The notes under the pieces: generated by a model | What the model was told of the DNA's origin: nothing | The model's input: only the letters and a program-made list of their open reading frames with translations | Databases searched by the model: none | In this document: positions 21,047 to 29,901 of the stretch, in pieces | Numbering within the stretch: position 1 is the first letter of the stretch | Layout of the letters: each line of letters opens with the position of its first letter | Position numbers and translations under genes: made by a program | Origin: Flavobacteriales bacterium | Lineage (GTDB): Bacteria; Bacteroidota; Bacteroidia; NS11-12g; UBA955 | NCBI GenBank assembly: GCA_947487055.1 | Contig: CANKVN010000002.1 | Span: 820 to 64,819, forward strand | DNA length: 64,000 nt | Reading direction: 5' to 3'

Positions 21047-21412
21047 TTATTTTTCCCATTCAAACGCACCTTTTTTCCATACGTAGATAAATCCTGCTAA
21101 AAACAGGGCTACAAAAGACACCACGGCAATAAAGCCCTGAACACCCATGTCTTTAAAATTTACCGCATATGGATAGAAGAAGATCACTTCCACATCGAAC
21201 AGCACGAATAGAATGGCTGTGAGAAAATACTTAACCGATACCGGGAACCGAGCATTCCCTTGCATTTCAATACCGCACTCAAACGTCTCTTCTTTCTTAA
21301 CTGTTTTACGCTTAGGCCCCAATAAATGAGAAAGACCCAGAGCCAAGGCTACAAAACCTATGGCAACGCCGGTCTGAATCAAGATGGGCAGATAACTAGA
21401 TGGATTACTCAT
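21047..21412 (-). CDS. nuoA: NADH-quinone oxidoreductase subunit A
   Basis: Three-TM ND3-like protein. Start set to the ATG at 21412 (MSNPSSYLPI...). The ORF track opens at 21439, which would leave too little room downstream of the TACTTTTG -7 box at 21446-21453. Confidence 0.85.
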   Translation of the reverse strand: MSNPSSYLPILIQTGVAIGFVALALGLSHLLGPKRKTVKKEETFECGIEMQGNARFPVSVKYFLTAILFVLFDVEVIFFYPYAVNFKDMGVQGFIAVVSFVALFLAGFIYVWKKGAFEWEK

Positions 21413-21445
21413 GTCCTTACGCGTACAAAAGTAATGCATGCAAAC

Positions 21446-21453
21446 CTCGTTTT
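21446..21453 (-). promoter_or_regulatory. candidate Bacteroidota sigma-A -7 box TACTTTTG for the nuoA-H operon
   Basis: Matches the TAnnTTTG -7 consensus of Bacteroidota promoters on the minus strand, about 34 nt upstream of the nuoA ATG at 21412. Confidence 0.35.
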
Positions 21454-21461
21454 GTTTGCCA

Positions 21462-21503
21462 CCGATTACATATTTTCCCCTGATTACTCACATATTTTCC
21501 GCC
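21462..21503. repeat. tandem direct repeat GATTAC-(N1-4)-ACATATTTTCC x2, centre-to-centre 21 bp
   Basis: The 11-mer ACATATTTTCC occurs at 21469-21479 and 21490-21500, each preceded by GATTAC. It lies in the 145-bp divergent intergenic region between nuoA and the T9SS CxxCH gene. Confidence 0.6.
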
Positions 21504-21557
21504 GATTTGCGTTAAAAACCTGAAAAACCTTTATTTTGCATCGTTAATAATCTACAC

Positions 21558-22340
21558 ATGAAAAAGAATTACATAATTTTATCCGCCGGCATATTGGCAG
21601 GTGCCATTGTTTTAATGTCCAGTTCCAGCGGACGAAACGATGACCGCACTGGAGCTCCCTCCTCAAACGGAAATTGCAGCAACTGCCACTCCGGAGGCAC
21701 CCAGGGCACCACAATAAACATCGGCGTTACCGAAAAAGGAACCGTTGTTCCTGTGAGCAGCTATCAGGCCGGCAAAACCTATACCGTCGCAATTGTAATT
21801 ACTGCCTCCGGCTTGTCGCCGGCTAAAGGATTCCAAAGCACCATTTTGGATGCAACAAACAGCAAAACAGGCACTACAGCCAATACTACAGGCGGTTCCA
21901 GGATTATTTCTGCCAACAACCGTGATATTGCTGTTCAATCCAGCGCCAGCCTCACAGGAATATGGTCTTATGAATGGACAGCTCCGGTAAATCCAACAGG
22001 CACCGTAACCGTTTATGCAGCAGGTATAGCAGCGAATGGAAATTTCGGTGATAACGGCGACATGGGAGCAACAACATCAAAAGCCCTAACGCTTGATGCC
22101 AGCACTGGCGTTCGCAGCAACATGGCAAGTAAATTCCAGGTTTATCCAAACCCATGCGGCGATAAGCTTCAAATTAGCGGTAATGTCAGCAGTATTTCGG
22201 TTATTGACCTGGCCGGCCGTGTGCAGGAGGTTGCTTTAACCAAACAGGTTATAGATACCAAAAACCTGATGCCCGGTTTTTACTTCCTAAAATGGCATGA
22301 TGGCCAAACTTCAGGAACCGTTAAGTTTCAGAAAATCTAA
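21558..22340 (+). CDS. T9SS C-terminal-sorting-domain secreted protein with an N-terminal CxxCH motif
   Basis: Signal peptide. TGAPSSNGNCSNCHSGG (a CxxCH motif) about 15 residues after the predicted cleavage site. Thr/Ser/Gly-rich beta-rich middle. C-terminal Por-secretion tail (FQVYPNPCGDKLQISG...GFYFLKWHDGQTSGTVKFQKI). Confidence 0.7.
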   Translation: MKKNYIILSAGILAGAIVLMSSSSGRNDDRTGAPSSNGNCSNCHSGGTQGTTINIGVTEKGTVVPVSSYQAGKTYTVAIVITASGLSPAKGFQSTILDATNSKTGTTANTTGGSRIISANNRDIAVQSSASLTGIWSYEWTAPVNPTGTVTVYAAGIAANGNFGDNGDMGATTSKALTLDASTGVRSNMASKFQVYPNPCGDKLQISGNVSSISVIDLAGRVQEVALTKQVIDTKNLMPGFYFLKWHDGQTSGTVKFQKI

Positions 22341-22360
22341 AAATCCTATTAATGTACTTC

Positions 22361-22392
22361 AAAAGGCAACAGCAACCTGTTGCCTTTTTTAT
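22361..22392. terminator. bidirectional rho-independent terminator (ggcaacag-caac-ctgttgcc, then T6)
   Basis: Perfect 8-bp stem at 22365-22384 with A4 upstream and T6 downstream. It sits between the convergent T9SS gene (+) and mltG (-). Confidence 0.75.
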
Positions 22393-23402
22393 TTAATGTT
22401 GCGGGCATTCAGCGCCTGATGAAATGCTGCCGCATTGTTGTTGTGTTCCTGTAAATTTCTTGCAAAAGCATGATAGCCGCTAAAATCCGGTTTAGCGCAG
22501 AAATACAGATAATCGTGCTGCTTATAATTTAGCACAGCCTCAATACTGGCGACATTGGGAATGCAAATAGGACCCGGTGGCAATCCGGCATGAATGTAGG
22601 TATTGTAGGGATTTTGGATGGCCAAATCCGCAGCCCATACCCTGCCAGCTTTGCCCCGAGCAAAAACAACAGTGGGATCTGCCTGAAGAAGCATGTTTTT
22701 GCGCAACCGGTTCAGGTAAACTCCTGCAATATTTTCATATTCGTCGGTTTTGTTGCTCTCTTTGGTTACAATGCTGGCAATGGTAATTACTTCCTTGCAG
22801 GTCAATCGCTGAACAATGGATCGCTGAATACGCTTTGAATTCCAGAATTTCTGGTATTCTTTCTCCATGCGAACGATCAATTCCTCCAGGTTGGTTGCTG
22901 CAAACAAGTTGTAGGTATTGGGAATAAACAATGCCGGCCAACTGGTGTCATTGAAGTTGTATTTCCTTAAATACCTACCCTGTTTTAGTTCCAGGAGAAA
23001 AGAATCCTTGTTGATTTCCATTTTTGAGGCAAGCAGGCTGCCCAGTGCATCTGCATCCATGCTTCCGCGAATGGAAACATTGACCGTTTGATTCCGATTT
23101 TCCTTAAGCAGCTTGATTAATCCATACAGGCTTTCATGCGGATCAACCTCAATAACACAAGGCTTGGGGCTGGAATACCCCAATGCTTTTGACCAATACA
23201 AAAACAAATCTGGATGTGTTAATTTGGCTTTAACCTGCAAGCTATCCGACAACTGATTCAAACTCCAGCCATTGCGAATGCGTATTTTAACCGTTTTTCG
23301 GACGTCGAAAACATGACCGAAGAGGGAATACCAAAGCAGGGAGCCAAGCAGTAAAACCAAAATACCAAAACCAATAAGCCAATGTTTTCTCCGAATTTTC
23401 AT
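22389..23402 (-). CDS. mltG: endolytic murein transglycosylase MltG (YceG family)
   Basis: N-terminal TM anchor then a YceG-like domain (LAADLAIQNPYNTYIHAGLPPGPICIP). 337 aa. Confidence 0.85.
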   Translation of the reverse strand: MKIRRKHWLIGFGILVLLLGSLLWYSLFGHVFDVRKTVKIRIRNGWSLNQLSDSLQVKAKLTHPDLFLYWSKALGYSSPKPCVIEVDPHESLYGLIKLLKENRNQTVNVSIRGSMDADALGSLLASKMEINKDSFLLELKQGRYLRKYNFNDTSWPALFIPNTYNLFAATNLEELIVRMEKEYQKFWNSKRIQRSIVQRLTCKEVITIASIVTKESNKTDEYENIAGVYLNRLRKNMLLQADPTVVFARGKAGRVWAADLAIQNPYNTYIHAGLPPGPICIPNVASIEAVLNYKQHDYLYFCAKPDFSGYHAFARNLQEHNNNAAAFHQALNARNIK

Positions 23403-23477
23403 CCCTGCAAAAATGGTAAAAAATGATGTATACCACCAAGTTTAGTCCTGTGTTGTGTTTAGAATTAACTTTGTGCT

Positions 23478-24221
23478 GTGAAAATCGCATTGTTAGGATA
23501 CGGAAAAATGGGCAAAGTAATTGAGCAAATAGCCCATGATCGAGGACATACCATCGTTGCAGCGTTCAGCAGCAGCAACCCCATTACCGTTTCCGCGCTG
23601 GTGGAAAGTGGTGCTGATGTAGCCATTGAGTTTTCCAGACCGGAACTGGCACCGGGCCACATCAGTGTTTGCAGACAGGCAAATATCCCAGTTGTGGTGG
23701 GCACAACAGGCTGGTATGAACATTTAGAAGGCATCAAAAAACAATTTGAACAATCGGGAGCGCTTTTTACCGCAACCAACTTCAGCATTGGGGTTCATAT
23801 TGCATTTTTCATGAACCGACTGCTGGCAGCGACCATGAATGCCTATCCTGAATATGCTGCAGGAATTACCGAAATCCATCACACCCATAAACTGGACGCA
23901 CCCAGCGGAACAGCCATCACCATGGCAGAGGGCATCATTGGAACAAACCAGCGTTTTGCGAACTGGCAATTATCCGACGAAGAAAAACAATCGTTTGGCG
24001 GAAATATTCCCATTTTTGCCCAGCGAACAGATTCCGTTCCAGGAACCCACACCATTAGCTGGAACAGCAATATAGACCGCATTTCCATAACCCATGAAGC
24101 CCACAACAGAACTGGCTTTGCTACAGGTTCCGTAATGGCAGCGGAGTGGATAATTGGGAAACAAGGTGTTTATTCAATGTCGGATATGCTTAATTTTGAG
24201 ACCTTAGTCAACACTATTTAA
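23478..24221 (+). CDS. dapB: 4-hydroxy-tetrahydrodipicolinate reductase
   Basis: MKIALLGYGKMGK N-terminal NAD(P) motif. DapB C-terminal domain (EIHHTHKLDAPSGTA). 247 aa. Confidence 0.9.
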   Translation: MKIALLGYGKMGKVIEQIAHDRGHTIVAAFSSSNPITVSALVESGADVAIEFSRPELAPGHISVCRQANIPVVVGTTGWYEHLEGIKKQFEQSGALFTATNFSIGVHIAFFMNRLLAATMNAYPEYAAGITEIHHTHKLDAPSGTAITMAEGIIGTNQRFANWQLSDEEKQSFGGNIPIFAQRTDSVPGTHTISWNSNIDRISITHEAHNRTGFATGSVMAAEWIIGKQGVYSMSDMLNFETLVNTI

Positions 24222-24223
24222 AG

Positions 24224-25774
24224 ATGGAATCATTCTCGTTTGGACTGTTTATGTGGCTTTGGGCCGCGGCTTTTCTCCTTACCCGCATAGGACTATACAT
24301 GATGTTTAAAAAAGCCGGACAGCCTGCCTGGACTGCTTTTCTACCCATACTGAGCTGGTGGTACTGGATAAAAATGGTGGGGCGCCCCTGGTGGTACATG
24401 ATTGGCATGGTCATTCCGTGTATCAATATTTTATTTAGCTTTAACATTACACTGGATTTGCTCAGAAGCTTTGGACAGCATAAGTTCTGGCAACATTTCA
24501 CCGGTATACTCTTCACCTTTATATACGTGCCTGTTTTGGCCATGCGCAATGATTTGACTTATTACGGACAAGGTGGCAATGCAGAATGGAGAAAACAACA
24601 TGTCCCAAAACATTCCGGTACCAGGGAATGGGGCGACGCTTTGCTATTCGCAGCCTATGTTGCCGGTGGCATGCGGGCCTTGTTTTTCGATTTCTTCGTT
24701 ATTCCCACACCCAGTATGGAAGGCAATTTAAAAGTGGGCGATTTTCTGGTAGTAAGCCGCGTTAAAATTGGTATGCGCATTCCCATGACGCCTATCACCG
24801 TTCCCGTAATTGCACACAAAGAACTGATGGGCATGCAGGCATTTTCCGATTTGGTTGAACTGCCATACATGCGCCTGCCTGGTTGGTACACCATCAAAAA
24901 CAACGATGTGGTGGTTTTTAACTGGCCCGCCGATGGCGAAGAATTTCCCGTTGATAAAAAAGACAATTATGTAAAACGATGTGTTGGTGTTCCGGGCGAC
25001 TCCCTGAAAATTGTCGGTGGCAGCGTAATGATTAGGAAAACGGGCGAAAACTGGACCAAACTAACCCCAGTTGGGAAACAACAAAAACGCTATTTGCTGT
25101 TGCTTAAAGAACCCATGTCCACAGACTTTCTGGTGCGAAACGACCTGGGCGACTTCACCATTCCCATCAAGGCGGGTGAATATATTCAGGCTGCAGAAAA
25201 AAGAGGCGTAAAGATTATTCCTTACACCATATTTACCTGGAATGAAAATGCCGCTAAAATCAAAAAGGACCGAGCAGTAGCCAGTTTAATGGAAGACATT
25301 CTCGATGATGGCATGACATCAAACCTGTATCCAGATACCGCCAACAACCTTACGTTCCGCCACCGCTGGACCTTGAATAACTACGGCCCTGTTTATCTGC
25401 CCAAACGAGGAGAAACCATTAAACTCACCAAAGAAAACTGGGATTGGTACCGCCTTGCCGTAAACCGCTATGAAAAGGCCGGTATTACCTGGGATGGCAA
25501 CGGATTTATACAGGGAAGTGATAAGGTTACCGAATACACCTTCAAATTTGGTTATTACTGGATGATGGGCGATAACCGCTACAACAGTTCAGATAGCCGC
25601 TACTGGGGTTACGTGCCTGAAGACCATGTGGTTGGAAAACCACTATTCACCTTCTTTAGTTTCAAAAAAGTGATTAAAATGGATGAGAACGGACTTCCCT
25701 TTATCCATGACAATAATATGGAATATGAAACCAAAGGCATTCGCTGGGAAAAAATCTTAAAACCCATAGAATAA
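24224..25774 (+). CDS. lepB: signal peptidase I (S26 family) with an N-terminal multi-TM extension
   Basis: Catalytic Ser region (IPTPSMEGNLKVGDFLVVSRV) and box E (GDNRYNSSDSRYWGYVPEDHVVGKP). About 130 aa of extra N-terminal TM region (DUF5684-like). 2 bp after dapB. Confidence 0.85.
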   Translation: MESFSFGLFMWLWAAAFLLTRIGLYMMFKKAGQPAWTAFLPILSWWYWIKMVGRPWWYMIGMVIPCINILFSFNITLDLLRSFGQHKFWQHFTGILFTFIYVPVLAMRNDLTYYGQGGNAEWRKQHVPKHSGTREWGDALLFAAYVAGGMRALFFDFFVIPTPSMEGNLKVGDFLVVSRVKIGMRIPMTPITVPVIAHKELMGMQAFSDLVELPYMRLPGWYTIKNNDVVVFNWPADGEEFPVDKKDNYVKRCVGVPGDSLKIVGGSVMIRKTGENWTKLTPVGKQQKRYLLLLKEPMSTDFLVRNDLGDFTIPIKAGEYIQAAEKRGVKIIPYTIFTWNENAAKIKKDRAVASLMEDILDDGMTSNLYPDTANNLTFRHRWTLNNYGPVYLPKRGETIKLTKENWDWYRLAVNRYEKAGITWDGNGFIQGSDKVTEYTFKFGYYWMMGDNRYNSSDSRYWGYVPEDHVVGKPLFTFFSFKKVIKMDENGLPFIHDNNMEYETKGIRWEKILKPIE

Positions 25775-25778
25775 GAAG

Positions 25779-27236
25779 ATGTGGGCTGACAAAGCCAAAA
25801 TGCCGTCCGGAAAAACGATTTGGCTTCAAGGGCTATTGCCTATTCTGTTTGTATGGCTCTGGTTTTATGTACAACCCCTTTCCCACCCTATCATTCAGCA
25901 ATGGGATGAAGCGCGAAATGCCATTCATGCCCAGGAAATGCTGGACAACGGAAACTATTGGATTCGATACTTCAACGGCAAGCCTGAAACCTGGGAATTA
26001 AAACCGCCCTTGCTTATTTGGTTTCAAATGGCATCCACCAAGATTTTCGGAATCACTGAATTTGGCATTCGTTTTCCCTCGGCGCTGGCTGCACTTGGTA
26101 TGGCGTTACTCTTATTTCATTTTTTAATCCGCTCCGGCACAGGCATTATCCTTGCTGCAATTGGCGGAATAGGTTTGCTTTGCACCCCAGCGGCTATGCA
26201 TCCGCACGGCTTTATGTATGGCGACCACGATGCCCTGCTCTGTTTCTTTCAAGCCTCAATGATTGTTGCTTGCTATGGTTATTTCGAAACCGGAAAAACC
26301 CCCTGGCTCCTTGCCGCTGCAATTAGCCTTTGCCTGGGCTGGTATACCAAAAGTATTGCCATGGCCTTTGTATTGCCCGGAATAGCCGCTTTGGCGTTGT
26401 GGAATCCAACATACCGCAAACAGCTTTTCACCCTAAAAACTTTGCTGTCTGTGCTGATTTCTGTGTTGGTTATTGGCAGCTATTATATCCTCCGAAACCA
26501 ACAACAGCCCGGTTATATTGGGATGGTAAACCAGGAGGAATGGCTGGGCCGCTTTGCAAACCATCCGGATGCAAACCGGGATTATTATTATTATTTAGAA
26601 GGGTTTTACACAAATCGGTTAAAATGGCTTTTCTTCCCCATGCTTTTGGCATTGGGTTGGACCATTATTAAAGGTAAACGCAACACGACTGCCGGCATGG
26701 CCTGTTGGATAATCCTGTTCACTTTGCCCATCATTAGCATCAGTCAAAGTAAAAATTTCTGGTATGATTTGCCGTTGTTGTTTCCCCTGTGGATTTGCCT
26801 GATAGGCATGCTGTCCGACATTCTCAAATCAAGTCCGGGTAAAAGCCACTATCTTCAAGCGGGGATTGCCGTTTTGATTGTATTTTTTAGCGTACAAAGC
26901 GCCCAGAAAGAAGTTGCGGCCTGGCGAAATCCTGTGCCAGATTCTAAAAAGGAATTTCTCGTTGATTACATATACCGGAATGCACTTCCCTCCCAACCGG
27001 TGGGGCTATACTGCAGCGATATCTGCACTGATTTGCAGTTTTACACCAACAACAAAAAACGAGAAGGGAACAGCATTGAAATTTTGAATTTGCCTCAGGA
27101 ATTGCATTCCTATAAAAGCATCATCATGGCCAGAACAGACAGCGCTGCATGGACAAATTCACTGAAAAAAGAAGGCCTTAACCTTCCAAAAGATTGCAAA
27201 CTTGTTTTTGTAAACGACCAGGGCCAGATGCCCTAA
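25779..27236 (+). CDS. glycosyltransferase family 39 (ArnT/PMT-like) membrane protein
   Basis: DEARNA motif region typical of GT-C ArnT/PMT enzymes. About 11 TM. 485 aa. Confidence 0.75.
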   Translation: MWADKAKMPSGKTIWLQGLLPILFVWLWFYVQPLSHPIIQQWDEARNAIHAQEMLDNGNYWIRYFNGKPETWELKPPLLIWFQMASTKIFGITEFGIRFPSALAALGMALLLFHFLIRSGTGIILAAIGGIGLLCTPAAMHPHGFMYGDHDALLCFFQASMIVACYGYFETGKTPWLLAAAISLCLGWYTKSIAMAFVLPGIAALALWNPTYRKQLFTLKTLLSVLISVLVIGSYYILRNQQQPGYIGMVNQEEWLGRFANHPDANRDYYYYLEGFYTNRLKWLFFPMLLALGWTIIKGKRNTTAGMACWIILFTLPIISISQSKNFWYDLPLLFPLWICLIGMLSDILKSSPGKSHYLQAGIAVLIVFFSVQSAQKEVAAWRNPVPDSKKEFLVDYIYRNALPSQPVGLYCSDICTDLQFYTNNKKREGNSIEILNLPQELHSYKSIIMARTDSAAWTNSLKKEGLNLPKDCKLVFVNDQGQMP

Positions 27237-27247
27237 TGATAATATTA

Positions 27248-28468
27248 TTAAAGGAACAAGCCGGCCATTAGATCAATATCGTGCCAGCGAATGCCAAACT
27301 TATCGGCCAGTTCCTTATTGGTAAGGCTCCCTTTGTAAAGATAGCTGCCTTTTCTTATCCCGGGCTTCAAACGCAGGTAATCGGAGAAGCCACCCATGCT
27401 TGCCATATCATCCAGCATTGGGGTAAATACGTTGCTAAGCGCATAACTGGCGGTGCGGCTAACCCTGCTGGCAATATTGGGAACGCAGTAATGGATAACA
27501 TCGTGTTTTTTGAAAATAGGTTTTTCGTGGGTGGTAACTTCGCTGGTTTCAAAATTCCCTCCACGGTCAATGGCAACGTCAATGATAACGCTGTTGGCCC
27601 TCATTTTCATAATCATTTCTTCGGTCACAACCACCTGGCTTCTGGCTCCTTTACCTGAAAGGGCACCGATAATCACATCTGCACTTTCCAGCGCACTGGC
27701 CAAAACCCGGGGCTGAATGGTACTCGTGTAAAGGTGAAAACCAAAACTCTTTTGTATCCTGCGAAGGCGGTACATTTTGTTGTCAAAAACCTTTACGTTA
27801 GCACCAAGCCCCAGAGCCGCTTTTGTGGCAAATTCGCCCACCGCACCAGCACCGATAACCACAACTTGGGTTGGCGGCACACCGGCAAAACCACCTAGCA
27901 GCTCCCCTTTACCAATATGGGTATTGTTTAAATATTCTGCGGCAATGAGAATGCTTGCCGTTCCTGCAATTTCACTCATGGCGCGGATGATGGGCAATGC
28001 ACCAGAATCATCTTCCATAAATTCATAAGCAATGGCATTGATGCGCTTGTCCATCATACGCCTCAGCAGCGATTCTTCCAGCTGATTTATCTGCAATGCA
28101 GAAACCAGCAGTTGTCCGGGACGCATCAATTCTACTTCTTTTAGCGTAGGCGGATCTATTTTCAAAACAATATCTGCCTCGTAAACTTCCTTAGGGCTGT
28201 AAGCCAATTCAGCACCGGCCTCGCTGTATTGGGAATCCGAGAAATTGGCATTCCTGCCTGCACCCGTTTCTATTTTTATCTGATGACCGTTTGAGGTAAA
28301 ATACTGCACAGCAGAAGGCGTGAGTGGAACCCGGTTTTCCTGAAAGGTAATTTCTTTGGGAATCCCAATGGACAAATGGTGGAAACGAGGGTCTTTTTTC
28401 ACCGGTAAAGCCAGTGTTTCTGCTTGCCCTTCATAACTAACCGAACCTGAAGCAATTTTCTTCGCCAT
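27248..28468 (-). CDS. alanine dehydrogenase-family NAD(H)-dependent enzyme
   Basis: AlaDH/PNT N-domain and Rossmann VIGAGAVG motif. Start set to the ATG at 28468 (MAKKIASG...). The ORF extends to 28495. Confidence 0.75.
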   Translation of the reverse strand: MAKKIASGSVSYEGQAETLALPVKKDPRFHHLSIGIPKEITFQENRVPLTPSAVQYFTSNGHQIKIETGAGRNANFSDSQYSEAGAELAYSPKEVYEADIVLKIDPPTLKEVELMRPGQLLVSALQINQLEESLLRRMMDKRINAIAYEFMEDDSGALPIIRAMSEIAGTASILIAAEYLNNTHIGKGELLGGFAGVPPTQVVVIGAGAVGEFATKAALGLGANVKVFDNKMYRLRRIQKSFGFHLYTSTIQPRVLASALESADVIIGALSGKGARSQVVVTEEMIMKMRANSVIIDVAIDRGGNFETSEVTTHEKPIFKKHDVIHYCVPNIASRVSRTASYALSNVFTPMLDDMASMGGFSDYLRLKPGIRKGSYLYKGSLTNKELADKFGIRWHDIDLMAGLFL

Positions 28469-28650
28469 AAATTTTACACCTGTCCTGTTTACCACACAAA
28501 TTTACCAAGAAGCAGGCAATACTTGCGTTGTAGCAAAATGATTGTATCACAAAGATAACAATAAACCTCAGATAATATTCGTTATTCATGGTACGCTTTT
28601 TGCTATTTACAAAGCCTAGGCTAAATTTGGCTTACGCTTAAAGATATTCA

Positions 28651-29880
28651 ATGGTTTATAAAACAATACGCACACTCGCTTCCATACTGTTCACAACTGC
28701 ATTTTTGGAGCTACAGGCGCAAGCGCCAATAGGCCCAACCATGGAAACCAATATGGATAAGATTGACAGCATGACCTTCCAGCTGTATGAAAACATCCCA
28801 TCCCACATTGCGGTAACAGACTCATTAAACCACAACAACCTGAGCAACGACATGTTTATTGCCCAGATGAACAAGCTTGGCAGCAGTATCCCTTTCCCTT
28901 ACAACAGCACCGTTTCCTTGCACATACGCTACCTTATGGCTCAAAACAATGGCTTTTATGACATGATTCATAAGCGGATGCAATTGTATTTCCCCCTATA
29001 CGAACAGGTGCTGGACAGATATAATCTTCCACAGGAACTGAAATATGTAAGCATTATTGAAAGCCATTTAAACCCCAACGCGGTTTCTTGGTGCGGGGCC
29101 ACAGGCCTATGGCAATTCATGCCATACACAGGCCGCAGCATGGGTATGCGGATAGATTACAATATCGATGAGCGCAAAGGCATTGTTCAGAGCACCGAAA
29201 AGGCTTGCGAGTATTTCCGTGCCAGCTACAACCAGTTTGGCGACTGGCTGCTGGCTATCGCATCATACAACTGCGGTGCAGGAAATGTTCAAAGAGCCAT
29301 CAACCTCTCAGGCGGTAAAAAGGATTTCTGGAAAATCATGCCTTACCTGCCCAAAGAAACCCAAAACTATGTCCCCAAATTTATTGCAGCAGCATATGTT
29401 TTGAATTTCACCCGTTACTCTAGTTACGAACACAATGACCGCTCCACCGTTTTGGTTAAAACACCGGTAGACAGTGCCTTGAGCATGGGCCATATTGCCA
29501 AATACCTGGGCGTAAGCGAAGATGAAATTGTAGGCTACAACCGTGAATTCTTGAAGAAAAGCACTCCGGGAAGCCAAACCCATTACCTTTTGCTGCCCTA
29601 TGACCTAAGTATGCAGTTTCTGACCAAAAAGGACAGCATTTACGCCTTTGCCAAGCGGGAAAAAACCGTTGAAGAAGCGAGTAAGCCTGCTTATGTTCAA
29701 AAATGGGTACCTGCTTATCACAGGGTTTCCCGTGGACAAACCCTCTACAGTATAGCCAAAAAATATGGCGTAACCGTTTACCAGCTTAAAGCATGGAATG
29801 GTTTGAAAAGCAATTATGCTCCTTTGGGTAAAAACCTGCTGATTTATAAGCTGCAGTGGGTTAATACCAGACAAGGTTAA
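28651..29880 (+). CDS. lytic murein transglycosylase (SLT domain) with C-terminal LysM domain, secreted
   Basis: Signal peptide. SLT catalytic region (IIESHLNPNAVSWCGATGLWQFMPYTG...AIASYNCGAGNV). C-terminal LysM (VSRGQTLYSIAKKYGVTVYQLKAWNGL). Confidence 0.85.
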   Translation: MVYKTIRTLASILFTTAFLELQAQAPIGPTMETNMDKIDSMTFQLYENIPSHIAVTDSLNHNNLSNDMFIAQMNKLGSSIPFPYNSTVSLHIRYLMAQNNGFYDMIHKRMQLYFPLYEQVLDRYNLPQELKYVSIIESHLNPNAVSWCGATGLWQFMPYTGRSMGMRIDYNIDERKGIVQSTEKACEYFRASYNQFGDWLLAIASYNCGAGNVQRAINLSGGKKDFWKIMPYLPKETQNYVPKFIAAAYVLNFTRYSSYEHNDRSTVLVKTPVDSALSMGHIAKYLGVSEDEIVGYNREFLKKSTPGSQTHYLLLPYDLSMQFLTKKDSIYAFAKREKTVEEASKPAYVQKWVPAYHRVSRGQTLYSIAKKYGVTVYQLKAWNGLKSNYAPLGKNLLIYKLQWVNTRQG

Positions 29881-29901
29881 TTCCTGTTTTATCCCATTTT
29901 A

